Under the pieces are notes generated by a model. The model did not search any database and was not told the DNA's origin. It saw nothing but the letters and a program-made list of their open reading frames with translations. From Anolis carolinensis (Eukaryota), in assembly GCF_035594765.1 (NCBI RefSeq), contig NC_085845.1:152350897-152414896 (forward strand): 64,000 bases of DNA, in the 5' to 3' direction. Shown here one piece after another: positions 20,444 to 34,044 of this stretch (position 1 is the first letter of the stretch; every line of letters starts with the position of its first letter). A program made the translations under genes and the position numbers.

Positions 20444-22789
20444 ATGAAATTACTAAGATTTAATTGATTAAAGTTGTTATTATGAAATCCAGATAGTTTA
20501 CTGAACAAGCCTAAGGTCATGATAAAATGGTACAGGGTGCACAGGATAGTACCTTCAGAGCAAACAGGAAACAAAATCTAAAAAACACTGGCCATTCCTA
20601 AACCTTTGCATGTATTACTCAAATATTTGGTTTTGTTTTTATTTTTCTCTATCGCTTGTCTTTGGTCTCCAAGGAAAGAGGATAAATTTCTAAAAAATTA
20701 AACATGGAAATAAAAAACCCTGCAATTCTGTGATACAGCTAAAACACTAGACCTATTTGAGTGATAAACATGTTTTTTCACAGAGTATTATACATGTTCT
20801 CTTGGAAGATGGCTGCACTTAGTTGAAAGTTTTCCTCCTTTATTAAGAGCACCTAGGGCTCTCCTCCTCTTGTCTTGCTAAAATTATGTATGGTGTTGCT
20901 ATTTTAATATGGTTATTACGGTTTTAATTCGGATATAATTATCTGCTGTAACAATTAATTGATTTTCCAGTGAAGACTATAAGAAAAACACAGTAGAATG
21001 CAAACAGCATGTTTTCAGAGAAATTTGCTGAGGCTGATTTTCCATGCTTTCCTACAGAACAGATAACACTATGAAAGCATTCCTGTGGGAGACAAATAAG
21101 TCCTTTGTCTTCTGCCTTTCATTTCAGTGTCCTGAGAATTTCCTCTTTAAAAAAAGATATTCCACATGACTCTAAAGTATCTGAAATCTTGACTATCTTC
21201 ATTAGACATTATTTTATTACTAACGGTGGTCTGTAGGCGATTAACTCTGTGCCATGCAAAGCCATGTGCTCCCCCACACACTTTTTCTGTCAGTTGGGTA
21301 CATTAGACTTAGAAATTTAAAAACTGTGTTTAAAACCGCTTTAGAATAGCAGTTTAACAACTTGAAGGCAGTCATGCGGAATCCTTTAAGATTGTCTAGC
21401 TAATTCTTTTCTTGGTGGTGCTGATTCTTTTTTTAAACACATAGTATAATTGTCTTTACTGAAAGTACTCTAAGAGTACTGTTTGTTCAGACAAGTTGTT
21501 TCTTGCATGTCTGTTGCCAAGTTAACCTTTCACATATTTGGCATGATCAACAGATAAGCTGAAGAAGCCCCCCCTCTATGAAGAGGTGTGGGTAGAATGG
21601 ATGGTATGATTATGTGGTTAATGTGACTGAGAAGGCAAGTGAATAAGTAATTAGGATTGATGCAAGGTTAGTTTTAATGAAGCACAGCTTGTGCTGAAGC
21701 TGGACATTTCAGGATTTTGCACTTAATTGCTGTTTGCAAGCAACTTGCATATCAACCTGAGCCAGCTATCACAAAGGTGGACCCCCATCCTGTTAGTTTC
21801 TTTATGTGTAAGAGGAAGCAAAAGAATTGGTAGTATTGATGGCTTGTTTGTGTTTTTTATGAATCTCGAGGTATGAAGAAATGGAGCCCAAATGTCTTGG
21901 TTGATGATGTTATGCCCTACCCAAGCACCCGCCCATCTGAATTGATTAACAAGACATAATTTATTAATAGTAAAATGATGACAGTACAAAAACAAAACCA
22001 CCTTATAAGATAACATTTTTCATACTTGACATCATGGAAGACTAGTTCACACACTTACCAAATCTGTAATTCCCTAGCCTAGTGTGCTGCAGTGACTTCA
22101 TCTTACTTCCTGGATAGTGTGTCATAGTGGGATGTATAATCTATGTATCTACTTCATCAGGTGTACAGAATCCCTGCCTCGGCAGGTTTGTGATTCCCGG
22201 GAATACTAAGAATTTTCCTTTGAGGTCTTTCTACCCGTAGCCTTGATTCAAACTGTTTTCTAAAGGTAGGTTCCTTTCCTCAAATTTGTAAATCATAGTA
22301 ACTGTGTGACTGTTGTTGAAGGTTTAGCTCTTTTCCCTTATGCCTTAGCAGTCTCATGTTCACTGCTACACAACAGCTTTTAAGTCTCCTTTCACCTCTG
22401 TCTGTTTATTTGGCTCATGAATAACACAGCAGACAACAAATACACAGTGGTGTAGAAAAGAGGATAAAGCCATTCAAAACATAGGACACAGGAAAGAATA
22501 GAGGACCTCCTATGATCTGTGAGATAGGGTTACGTTATAGATTTAAAATAGCTTCAAACTCATTTGACACGAGGAATGTTTCATAGAGATTCTAGGACTT
22601 GTTTAAGCATATGAATCCCAACTGGCAACAGAACTCTAGGCTTTATTGGATAAAACTGGTTAAGTTCAGATCTGATTAATGGTCTTGATTGCCTTGGTGG
22701 ATGCTCTGTATGGAGAACTGAATAAAGGATTTCTTTTTTTGTTGATTCTCCTGAAACTTTTGATCCGTTTGGCTACTATGGAACTTTTG

Positions 22790-23096
22790 AGTTAAACTGC
22801 TGAGCTGCTGAACTTGCTGACCGAAAGGTCAGCGATTCGAATCCGGGGAGCGAGGAGAACTCCTGCTATTAGCCCTAGCTTCTGCCACCCTAGCAGTTCG
22901 AAAACATGCAAATGTGAGTAGATCAATAGGTACCACTTCGGTGGGAAGGTAACAGCGCTCCATGGAGTCATACTGATCACATGACCTTGGAAGTGTCTAC
23001 AGACAACACCGGCTCTTTGGCTTAGAAATGGAGATGAACACCAACCCCCAGAGTCAGACACTACAAGACTTAATGTCAGGGGAAAACCTTTACCTT
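22790..23096 (+). mobile_element. Sauria SINE
   Basis: Homologous to 19851-20159; ACCTTTACCTT tail. Confidence 0.85.
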
Positions 23097-23119
23097 ATAG
23101 ACCTTTTGGGGCTGAATGT

Positions 23120-23262
23120 GTGGTGGAGGCTCATTCCTTTGAAGCTTTTAAACAGAGGCTAGATGGCCATCTGTCAGGGGTACTTTGATTGTGCTTATCC
23201 TGCATGGCGGAGGGCTGGAGATAGCCCATGTGGTCTCTTCCAACTCTATGATTATATGATTT
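23120..23262 (+). mobile_element. CR1 3' end fragment
   Basis: Matches 60236-60387, including the degenerate CTATGATT tail. Confidence 0.8.
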
Positions 23263-23300
23263 TGTGTTCTAGAAGGTGGTTCTGGGAGGTGCCCTCAGAG

Positions 23301-23845
23301 CAGGCATGGGCAAACGTTTTTGCCTTGAGGTGGCATTGTGGGCCCAGCTGGGAGGGAAGAGGGCCAGGAACATGCTGGGTGGGGAAAGGATGGGGCCAGG
23401 AGAAGGCAGGGCCTGGGTCATCCTCAGATTGCCCTCCCAGTATAAGGATGGGGCTGCTTGTCTCATCCTTATGCTGGGAGGAAGGTGGGACACATGGCGA
23501 CTACCCCGATCCTTGAGCTGTCCTCTTGGCACCTCTTGGAAGGTGAGACAGGCGGCGTCTGTGTGTGCTCTGGAAGGCTCTCAGCTGCTGCGTGCCTTCT
23601 TCAAGTCATCCTCTTGGCATTAAGATACGGTCACTCACACTGTCCTTATGCCGGGAGCAGAGTAAGACAAACAGTGCTCCAGATGGCTCTCAGCCGCTAC
23701 ATGTCTTCCTCCCCCATATTTTTGGCATAAGGATGCAGCAGGCCACCGTTTCCTTATGCCAAGAGGACAGGGAAAATGAGGAGGGCCTGAGGTAGGTGCC
23801 CAGGGGGTTGCATCCGATCCCCGGGCCTTAGTTTGCCCATGCCTG
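23301..23845. mobile_element. hAT non-autonomous element
   Basis: TIRs CAGGCATGGGCAAAC / GTTTGCCCATGCCTG; TSD CCTCAGAG / CCTTAGAG. Confidence 0.85.
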
Positions 23846-25181
23846 CCTTAGAGTATTTAGCCTTGTTGACTTAATTGATTTCATTTCTTCTATTACCCAT
23901 ATTTCCTGGATTGATTATGGTTTAATTATCGGTCTTTAAAAACATTATTTTCCTTTTCTCTCTAGAAGGGCAAGGGGAATATCATGGAAAGAACTTTATT
24001 TTAAACTAAAGTGTTGAAGTCTAACTTAAGACATCTTTGAGTGCAACGATGGCAAAATAACATGCCAGTAGCCAGTGGAATGTGATGGCCTTCTTATCCC
24101 TTACAGAAATTACTTTTTTCTCAGCAGTGTGTATAGTTAATGTTGAAGAGATGCAGAAAAACGTGCTAGCTTTGACTGTCAGTTTACAAGCAGCGAAACT
24201 TAAATTGAACATGACACTGCAGTAGAAAAGAGTGTCTGTCCCTCATGTGGCGTCAGATTAGGGAAATATAAGTAAGAAAACAGACAATTGCTCTTTTTTG
24301 GTATGAGTTTCAATGAAATTCGATTACATGTAAATTTCTGAATGTTACAATAACCATACCCATTTAAACCTGTACTAATAGTTACATGTGTCAGTCACAC
24401 CCAGTTCAGATTATTGCTTGTTTTCTTGCTTTCCTTATTGGTTGCATTGACAGTTCAGATTAATATGCAAATATTGTAAAGTATGAGAGCTCCCAGTATG
24501 AAGATTGTTTCATGCTAGGTATGAATTTTCTCCCTTCAGATATACTGTAGAGACATTTCACAGCCAATAAAACAAGTAACTAGAAAGCAGAAGTTTCGTA
24601 ACTCCTGCTTCAGTAGATAGTACAATCTTTTGCATGTCTTTTCCTTGTTTTCCAAAGGAGACATGTGCTTAATTGAAACTAGATTGACAAATCCTCTACC
24701 ATTGTTAATGAGCTCTGATTGATTCCCACTAGGATTGGTGAGTGGAAGATAGATATCAGAAATGAAGTCAGAAGATCACTAAAGGTTAGTCTGGGTGCAT
24801 CTAGTTTGCTATTCAGTCTGTTTCCTTGCAAGATCTACATACTCTTCTGTTGGTTTGTAGGAGTATTGGAGGTTAGATAGGCAGTACCCCATGTCTCTAA
24901 ATAGTTAGATAAACCCTGCTGCTAATAAACAACTCCCACATAATTGAGTTGGATACCTTTTTTTGGCTCATACTGTGGCTTTAACACTCTTGATTATCTC
25001 ATCCACTAAATAGTGCAGTTAGCAACAGAAATACTGTAGTGTGTGTTGTTTATTTAATTTATATCCTGCTTTTCTCCTATAAGGATCTCAGATAGTTTTA
25101 TCTACTCAAGTAAAGTATGGAGCACATGTTGGGAAGATATGTAGGTAGAATTTGACAACTTTTAGACTCCTAGAAATAAAG

Positions 25182-25211
25182 TTTATTATTATTGTTATTA
25201 TTATTATTATT

Positions 25212-25224
<13 letters not shown>
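25182..25224. repeat. (TTA)n(TAA)n self-complementary microsatellite
   Basis: Direct observation. Confidence 0.9.
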
Positions 25225-25245
<21 letters not shown>

Positions 25246-27164
25246 TGGTGGTGCAAGAGCTGTTTTAGATGGAGTTCTTTTGCCCTTTTCACCCTGTCCA
25301 AAGCCTCCTTGTCCACAGCTGCCAAGCTCCAGGATGGGCAAATGCAAAAGCTACTGGTGGGAAGTAAGGGCAGAGACAATTTGAAGGAGAAAGAAATGGC
25401 TGATACAGTACTTGTTTCAAAGGGAAGGCCTTTCGTCTCATCCAGCAGGCATCTTAGGTTCTTAAAAATATCCCGATATCTGAACTTTAAAAATCTTATT
25501 TTATCAAAATTAATCAGACTGAAGTTTTTATTTTACCAAATGTTGTTCCTGGTTTGATGCATACAAACGTGTTCTGTTGAATAGAGATCAAGAACAAAAG
25601 CTTTGGAATGTGAGTGAGCCTTTGGTGTGCTCCCTTGGCGGTCTACTAAAAGAACGTTTATAGCATATCAAACAATACTATTTTTCGTAGTTATTAAGCA
25701 GGGTTAGATGTTTCAAATAATGTGCAGTGCAAACTAAAATTAATCATTGCAAGACCAAATTACCCCCTTTCTCACAGAGGCCACCCACTGTGGCACTGCC
25801 TGATTTATTGCTCTAGTCTTACTTTTCTTTCTGTCTTCTTTGGCTGGGAATAGGTCATTCTGTTGCATATCTCCATCAGGTGTGCTTGAATCATCCATTC
25901 ACTCTCTACTAACAGAGTCATCAGGGGATGGCACAGAACACTGACTCATGCAGAGAATGTGGGTGATTCCTTTTGAGCCTTGGTAGTTTTTAATTCTTGC
26001 TCTAAAAATAAGGAATGAAAAAGCAAAAAGTTTCCATGGCATCAATTAATAAAAGTAAATTTTAGGGTAGTGAAATACCTTTTTTGGATTACTAAAATGT
26101 CATAAACATGGTGAGCTTTTGAGTTCTTCCAAGAAGTCTTTTTCATGTAGCGAAAGAAACATAAAGTCCAAACATTTAGTCTTAAGCACTGGCCATTGTG
26201 TGTGCAAGCATATTTTCGTACCATCATCTCTGCTTTACATGTTTTTGACATTTTAGTGATACAATGATTTTGTAAACATAAAGGTATTTGTTGTGAAATA
26301 TGCCTTTCATTTTAATTCGGAACAAATGCTTTTCTTGGCTGTCAGAAATCTGTGAGCACTAAGGGCTCTGATGAAGTTTACAGAAAAGTTCCATTAATGT
26401 TTAATAACTCCAAGGGTTTATGGATATAGTAGCATATTTACAGCAGTTGATAGTGTAAGTTTACAAGGAAGACAATGTATCTCTGTGTACATAAAGCCAC
26501 TCATTAAAAAACTCTTCCTTTCTTCTCCAGTGTCTTTAAAAATTATTTACAGGTTTACACTACGTTTATGTTGCCAAATGTATGAGAGGTACATGTAATG
26601 AAGTTTAGTTGGTAACTAGTGATGAGAATAAAATTGCTCATGAGATTTGAAAGCAGAAAGCAGCAACTCCTCGGGAACTGAGAAAATATATTCCCAACTG
26701 GTTGAACAAACATTTCAGTTGCCAGCTAGGGCTGACTTTAAATGGACCAGCTGCCTGTGTCAGCAGCATTGAGTTACCAGGGTAACAGGGGCTGTTTAAA
26801 GAAGAATGTAGCTGAGAGGGCAAGTTTTTGATCTGTGAGTTGAGGGAAGGAATTTGATGTGATCATGCATCAGCCCTCCTAATCACACACACTCAAGCAT
26901 TTAAAGCTATGTGGGCGGTGTGGAGCAACTTACAATTCTGTTGGAGCTTGTGTGGGGCTCCCTATTGCTTCATTTTCTTAGGAGCCAAAGCCCTTGGAGT
27001 TTATCATGGGAGTCTACCTTTCTAGTTTTAAGGCACTGTGATGAGAGACTCATTCAAACTGTGACAATTAATTGCTATTACGAAGCTCATGGATTTTTAT
27101 GGTATCTTCTCACTGGGAAAAAGAACATTCAAATAGCACTTCTTCCTCCAGATCTTTAGATCTG

Positions 27165-27482
27165 ACCCTGCGAATGATGATGTTACTGGTTGAGCATTCC
27201 TTATATGGGACTACAAAATCTGAAATACTGCAAAAATCCGTAATCGTCCACATGGGTGACTGAGGTAGTGACCTCTTTGCTGTCTGGGGGTTCAGTGTGC
27301 ACAGACAATGCTTAGTAAACAAAATGATTGAAACACTGTGTATAAAATGACTTTCAGGTTATGTGTATGAGATGTATATGAAACTTAAATGAATTAGACT
27401 TATGTTGATTCCATCTCCTAGATATCAATATTCCAAAATCCACAACACTTCTGGTCCAAAGCGTAAGAGATACTCAACCTAT
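27165..27482. mobile_element. Degenerate Tigger/pogo-like MITE
   Basis: Ends ggttgagcattcctta / gagatactcaacct resemble the TIRs of 46364-46679. Confidence 0.55.
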
Positions 27483-28032
27483 ACTAGCTATTCCTGTTTC
27501 CTAAATTTTATTTTCTAACCTCCAAGTTGTAGTTTTGCTCCAGTTTGTTATTATTTTTCTATTTTTTCTTTAAAGATAGGATTTAAGCAGCCTAGACAGC
27601 ATATGACCCACTGAGATGTTGTTAGTAAAATCCCACCTGACAAGCCTGGTGCTTAGCTGCTCGATATAGTTTCCAAAACATAACTGGGGTTAGAAGGAAA
27701 GTGTATAAAGTTATACTTAGATACTATAAGTATTTCATCTTCCTTTCCAGTTCGGCGCTGGAGTCATTTGTGACATGGCATGTAGCACACTGGGCTCAGA
27801 AAATGGTGAAAGGGGATATAAATGCATGTGCTTTATGTCTGTCATTGTTTTCCTGTTACTGTTCTTATGCTTCAATTAGGTTTGCAAGTGAGAACCTCAG
27901 CCAGATATAATGGAACAGTAGCTTGTCTTGTGTATGAGAATATGTGAAAATAATAGATGGTGATGTAAATAAAATTAGCTGTGGAGAAACCTCCTGTTGT
28001 TCAGAGAGGCAAGTAGTTCATGATAGATGAAT

Positions 28033-28712
28033 TCAGTTAAACATCAAGAAAACCAAGATCATGGCAACCAGACTGATTGATAAATGCCAAATAGAGGGAG
28101 AAAACGTGGAGGCAGTGACAGAATTTATATTTCTAGGCGCCAAGATCACTGCAGATGCAGACTGTAGCCAGGAAATCAGAAGACATCTACTTCTTGGGGG
28201 GAAAGCAATGGCCAACCTTGATAAAATAGTGAAGAGCAGAGACATCACACTGGCAACGAAGGTCCGTATAGTGAAAGCAGTGGTATTCCCCATATTAACC
28301 TATGGATGCGAGTACTGGACCATAAGGAAGGCTGAGCGAAGGAAGATAGATGCTTTTGAACTTTGGTGCTGGAGGAAAATCCTGAGAGTGCCTTGGACTG
28401 CAAGAAGATCCAACCAGCCCATCCTCCAGGAAATAATGCCTGACTGCTCACTAGATGGAAGGATACTAGAGGCAAAGATGAAGTACGTTGGCCACATCAT
28501 TAGAAGACAGGAAAGCTTGGAAAAGATTATGATGCTGGGGAAAATGGAAGGAAAAAGAAAGAGAAGCAGACCAAGGGCGAGATGGATGCACGGTATCCTT
28601 GAAGTGATTGGCATAAACTTGAAGGAATTGGGGCGGCGACGGCCAACAGGGAGCTCTGACGTGGACTGGTCCATGAGGTCACAAAGAGTCGGAAATGATT
28701 GAAGAAGAAGAC
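28033..28712 (+). mobile_element. RTE-BovB LINE 3' fragment (RT C-terminus)
   Basis: ORF 28061-28702: FIFLGAKITADADCSQEIRR...YGCEYWTIRKAERRKIDAFELWCWRKILRVPWTARRSN, characteristic of BovB; (GAA)n tail. Confidence 0.92.
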
Positions 28713-30213
28713 GACTTCAGAGACGCCTTAGGTCTGAAGATAAAGCAGTGTACATACCTTGAATAACGAGGTCTTCAAAATATAAGAGCTGTGTTCCAGA
28801 TATCACAGTGGGAAATATCTGTTAAGTTTCTGGTCACAATATCACTGGATATTTGTAGAAACTGTGTATGTGAAATAAACCATTCATTGTTGTGGGAAAT
28901 GGTTTGTCATTCCAGTTTTGCTAGCCTATGTCGCTTTTAAGCATTCATCTGCTAAAGTCATGCCTTTTTGTGTAGAAGTAATATGAGACTAGAGAAGATG
29001 AACTATAGTCATTTGAAGAATGCTAAATAGCAGAGATAAAGAGCATGAAAAGGGAGTTCCAGAATATACCAACTTTATCACCAGTGCAAAATGCTATTGC
29101 ATGATTTCAATTGTCCTCCATCTGAATGTCGAATTTCTTCTTCAAAAAGACAAGCTGAACTAAATTACTGTGTAGGTTTTTTATCAGCTGTTCCAAGGAT
29201 TAAACGGTGATGTTAAGGTTCGGGAACAAGGTCTTGCCTCTTCTGAGACCTTTAATATTACTGGTATTTGAAGAATGTGTTCATAAACTTCCAAACCAAA
29301 CGTCGTCTCTTTTTGAAAACAGACAACTGCGGCACTTATATATGAAGCATAGTAAAAAATTATTTTGTATCTTCACTATTTCTGCCTTACATACTTAAGC
29401 ATTTATTTTGCTGGTTTAAGAACAGTGTACTGTAGTAGCTGTGGCTTGGTGTTTTGCTGGCTCTTCTAATGCAAGAAATTGGTGTTTTAAAAACCAGCAA
29501 TTTAATCATATCCTAGTAGTATGCATGGTTCATGTATATTTAGACTTTTAAGTAACTAAATATATGAAAAACAAAATATTTAAAATTAGAATTCAAGGCT
29601 TTTTTAGTAGTTCTGCTGATATGATCTTCATTGTCATCAGTATTTAGAAACTGGAAGAATGACCTTATTTTCCCTGTATTTCCCTGTCCTGTAACCTAGT
29701 AATGGACAAAATCCCTTTAGCTGTAGTTGAACTCTCGTTCCTTTCAGCCCTTGTCAGCATAGTTAGTAATGAGGAATGCTGGAAGTGCATGGCTGGACCA
29801 CTTGAAAAGCCACATGTCACCAATCTCTTTTAGCCATGGCATCAAAATTATACTGAATATAAACTTTTGGTTTTACAGTGTTTTGTTTGCTCTTGATCTT
29901 AAAGAATCATACTGTTCATTGTAAAAAGTAAATCTGTTGTCTATCCATCATAATGCTATCCAGAATGTAAATTTCTCGTTTTTATAACAAAAACCAGTAC
30001 TTCATTATAATTAATGCCTTGTCATTGCTAATATAAATCTCTGAGATTTAATGTTAAATTCTGTTAAATTTAGACAGTGTCTCAAAGAACACAAAGTTTA
30101 TTGTACTCTCGCTTCATAATAAATTTTGTAGAAATTTAAAGCCTAGAAAGTTTGAGGCTTTTACATTATATCCTTGGAAGTAAAGTATAAAATGTAAAAA
30201 TGAGTGTTTAGAA

Positions 30214-30348
30214 CAGTGGTTCTCAACCTGAGGTTCCCAGATGTTTTTGGTCTTCAACTCCCAGAAATCCTAACAACTGGTAAACTGGTTGGGATTTCTG
30301 GGAGTTGTAGGCCAAAAACATCTGGGGACCCCAGGTTGAGAAACAGTG
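30214..30348. mobile_element. Palindromic hAT MITE
   Basis: Same family as 8311-8445; TSD GTTTAGAA. Confidence 0.9.
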
Positions 30349-30442
30349 GTTTAGAAAGAAGGAAATATACATTCTAGAAGTCAGGTTGCTGTCTTAACAG
30401 GCTCTATGCTGTCTGTTTCAATGTGTTTATCTATCTATATTA

Positions 30443-30527
30443 AAAAAGGTAAAGGTTTTCCCTGACGTTAAGTCCAGTCATGTCTGACTCTGGGGGTTGG
30501 TGCTCATCTCAATTTCTAAGCCGAAGA
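30443..30527 (-). mobile_element. Sauria SINE 3' fragment
   Basis: aaaggtaaaggttttccctgac is the reverse complement of the Sauria tail. Confidence 0.8.
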
Positions 30528-30615
30528 GAAAGACAATGTTGTGTAGCCTCCTTAATCCTTCTGTTAATGTCCTAGTTATAAGCACCATTCTAAGAGCGCG
30601 AAGGATCATCTAGAC

Positions 30616-30750
30616 AGGGCATGGGAAAACTTCAGTCCTCCAGGTGTTTTGGACTTCAACTCCCAGAAATTCCAGCCAGCTTACTGGTTCTTAGGAATTG
30701 TGGGAGTTGAAGTCCAAAACACCTAGAGGGCCAAAGTTTGCCAATGCCTG
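30616..30750. mobile_element. Palindromic hAT MITE
   Basis: GGCATGGGAAAACTT / AAGTTTGCCAATGCCTG termini; TSD ATCTAGAC / ATCTAGGC. Confidence 0.85.
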
Positions 30751-31438
30751 ATCTAGGCACATGAAGCCTGACCTGAGAATAATAGTTTTCTTCAGGTGCA
30801 CATTCCTCCAACTCAGACCTGACTGCATGTATAATTTTACTGCTTCAGGTGGCCATTCACATGCTTGTCTAGTGGGAGTTGCACATGTGTCAGACAAATG
30901 ATCAATCTTAAACTTGACTCAAATTCTTCTCTGGACACAAGAGTTCTTGATAATATCTTATCAGTTTGCAGTTAGCTTCTCACTTGAAATAAGTAGCCAT
31001 TTCTAGGTAAGCCATAATTCTGATAAGAGAAAATCCCCCAAACCCCACAATTAAAATGTATTATCTTTATGGAATAAGTACGTATGCTATTGTGCAATGT
31101 TAGACAAGTTGAGAAAATCTGTCAAATGGTAGAGATGCTCCATTAAGTAATATTTAACCTGGAGTCATAGGAATGGATTCTGTGGTTTCAGGCATTTTTC
31201 CTTTAACATTTTCTCTCACATAGAATACCAGTATTTGTTTCTTTATATTTGGGTGCTTGCGTTCAGAGAGAGCAAGCAAAGGTCATTTTGAAATGACAAC
31301 ATTACATGACTAAGATGCACATTCATCTTCTACAGAAATCAGTCATTCATAAAATATTTTACCTTTAGAGCAATTTTTCTTTGCAAAGGACCTTCTGGGA
31401 TATATATCATAGTTTTGTTTTTATTCATTCTTTTCTAG

Positions 31439-31535
31439 GTCACGTGACTATGTGGAAGGTCAACATGGTGTTTTGAAGTATGACAGAAATACTCATGCTG
31501 TACCAGAGGCTGGGAATATTGATGGCCAAATCTAG
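31439..31535 (+). other. FRS2: Putative FRS2 5' UTR exon (97 nt)
   Basis: Long polypyrimidine tract with TTCTAG acceptor; perfect TAG|GTGAGT donor; non-repetitive; 1.7 kb upstream of the ATG exon. Confidence 0.7.
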
Positions 31536-33236
31536 GTGAGTGTATTTACCTTTGGCCAAATGTTCCTTTTCAGCAAGTCTAGAAATCTTTTCTGAGTGGG
31601 TTCAAATGATAGTTTCAAATTTGGAAAGTAGTTTAGCAGAAAAAAAATCCAAAGAATTTCTTTTCTCCAAATAATTCCTTGTCCAAACTCTACAGCCTTA
31701 CTTGATATACCAATATATTCAATTGATTTAAGAGCAATTCTCCAGCTACAAATCAGTTCTTTAAGGTTTCTGTAGCCTCTTCTAGTGTAGATCCATATAC
31801 CATATACAATCCAGATTATCTGCTTTGAACTCGATATATATGGCAGTGTAGACTCATGTTATCCAATTCAAAGCAGATAATGTGGATTATCCGCTTTGAT
31901 AATCTGTATTATATAGCAGTGTAGAAGAGGCCTGTAACTCACACAAATGGGGTTGTCTGTGTCTGTGCAGTGCATCGTTTGGAACATTCTAGTAATCCCA
32001 CACACTTTTGACATAGTGCTCCTTTTTTGTAGGCTGCAGCAGTAGCATAGATTAGATGCCTTGAATTTTTTCTTTCATTGTCTGTTTGGTGGTTTGACTA
32101 TGAATTGTCTTAGTTTTTGAGTTTTTCCTCTGTGTTTTGGTTATTGTTCTCTGGTGATCGTCATGGGTGGATTTGAGTTTTTGTTTTTGTTTTGGTTTCT
32201 CTTTTGATTCTCACATTATTTTTACATTCCTGTACAGGAGCCTTGTCATTGTGTAGCTTCTTCTGCATTTTTCAAATGCTGTGCCTCCTGTGGGGGAAAG
32301 ATCCTTGAGAAGCATAGCAATTGAACTCCTTTATCTAGGAGAGGGCCATGATGTCAGAGCCTGTGTTCTTTGTCCTCCTCAGGCATGTTGCAATCCAGCT
32401 TCTTGCCTACTTCTTGTTCTACTTCAGGAAGGTCTCACTGTCTGAAACTATTGGCCTCCAGATGAAAGAGATCTTCACCTTAATGCCCTTGAACTTCCTA
32501 CAGTGCTAGGTAGTTCAGGTAGCTAAAGGCAACCCCACAATAAAGGACTTACAGTCTCACCACAACACATTTCTAAATGGATTCTAGTTACCATTTGCCT
32601 GAACTATTTGTTATGAATTTGTAGGCAAACAGCCTCCTGCCCAAGTGAGAAGTTCCTCAACTAGAGCAATGGTGGTGTCAGTGACTTTTTTCCTGTATGT
32701 CACTTCTAAAGCTGCCACATGATATTAGCCTACAACTTTCTGTTCTCACTACAGACTAGACATAAGGTCTCAAGCAGAGATTGCTTTCAGAAGAACTGTA
32801 TTTTTATCTTTTGTTGAATGATACTCCTTCCTCCTATGTTTACTAGCTTGCTAGTCTTCCATTTGTGTGAGTCACAGAGCCCACAAAGAAGTAGAACAGG
32901 TTGATTGCTTGTAATTGTAGTTCTTCTAGTGGTAATCTCTGAACTCACAGAACTTTGAAGCACGCCTATTTAAATCAATCAGACAAGTTTGGATTTAGGA
33001 AATCAGTTGATTATAATGGATCTACTCTAAGCAAATGCAAGTCTAGAATAAATCCTGATATCCTATCACATATGCATATATTAACTGTCTCCTCATTGAT
33101 ATATACTGTAATTGTTTTTTTCTGAATAGGGTTTTTTAGTACTGTATTGGAAATATAGAAAACGTTTGTTATTCACTCACACCTTTAAAATCTCTTTGCT
33201 TTGGCTCTAGCAATCACATGGTCTTCTAAAGAAGTC

Positions 33237-33302
33237 ATGGGTAGCTGTTGTAGCTGTCCAGATAAAGAAACAGTCCCTGATAACCATCGAAACAAATTCA
33301 AG
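33237..33302 (+). CDS. FRS2: FRS2 coding exon 1 (exon begins 33211): MGSCCSCPDKETVPDNHRNKFK
   Basis: Recognisable FRS2 N-terminus with MGSCCS lipidation motif; ctctag acceptor, AAG|GTAAAA donor. Confidence 0.97.
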
Positions 33303-33857
33303 GTAAAACTTTGAGGGGCTTTGCCACTTTGAGTGCTAACTTCTAATTTAGGGATGAGATGAATGAGACACAGGTGTAAGAATGGATAAAGATTTGTTTT
33401 TTCTTCTTCTTCTATATTGACTTAGCTTCCCAGTTGATAGGCTGATTAAGAAATAACCTAATCATAATGTGTATGTTACAAATACTGTAGGTTTCTTTTG
33501 TGATTACCAAAGGGATGGCTAGGGGTTGTCTTTACTTATGGCTTTACAAAAGTAAATAAAGATGATGTAATCAACCACCAGGTGATTGGGGAAAACGCTT
33601 GTGGCAATTAGTAACTCTGAGTGCTTGGGTAATATACTTCTTTCAGGTTTTCCCTAGAGAAAAAATAAAATACATTTGAACTGTGAATTAATCCTGCATC
33701 ATATCAGACTCATTTGTTTATTATATAAAGATTTTATATATAAAATATCCATTCAGTTGAATTTGATTAGGTACATGTTTGCCTTTAATGAATGATAAGT
33801 AGTAATTGCTATATTTGTGTTATATATACTAGTTGGTGATTTTATTTTATTTTTTAG

Positions 33858-34044
33858 GTTATAAATGTGGATGATGATGGTAATGAATTGGGTTCTGGTA
33901 TAATGGAACTTACAGACACAGAACTAATCTTGTATACCCGCAAACGGGACTCTGTTAAATGGCATTACCTCTGTCTCCGGCGATATGGCTATGATTCCAA
34001 TCTCTTCTCTTTTGAAAGTGGTCGAAGATGTCAAACTGGGCCAG
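33858..34044 (+). CDS. FRS2: FRS2 coding exon 2 (IRS-type PTB domain)
   Basis: VINVDDDGNELGSGIMELTDTELILYTRKRDSVKWHYLCLRRYGYDSNLFSFESGRRCQTG; AG/GT boundaries; 187 nt. Confidence 0.98.

Noticed and set aside
23950-24500. Possible additional FRS2 5' UTR exon or conserved element after the ttttctctctag acceptor-like site
   Set aside because: No convincing paired donor, and conservation cannot be assessed without alignments
30214-30348. Long hairpins as pre-miRNA or CRISPR-like repeats
   Set aside because: Dispersed palindromic MITEs with TIRs and 8-bp TSDs; no repeat-spacer array and the context is eukaryotic
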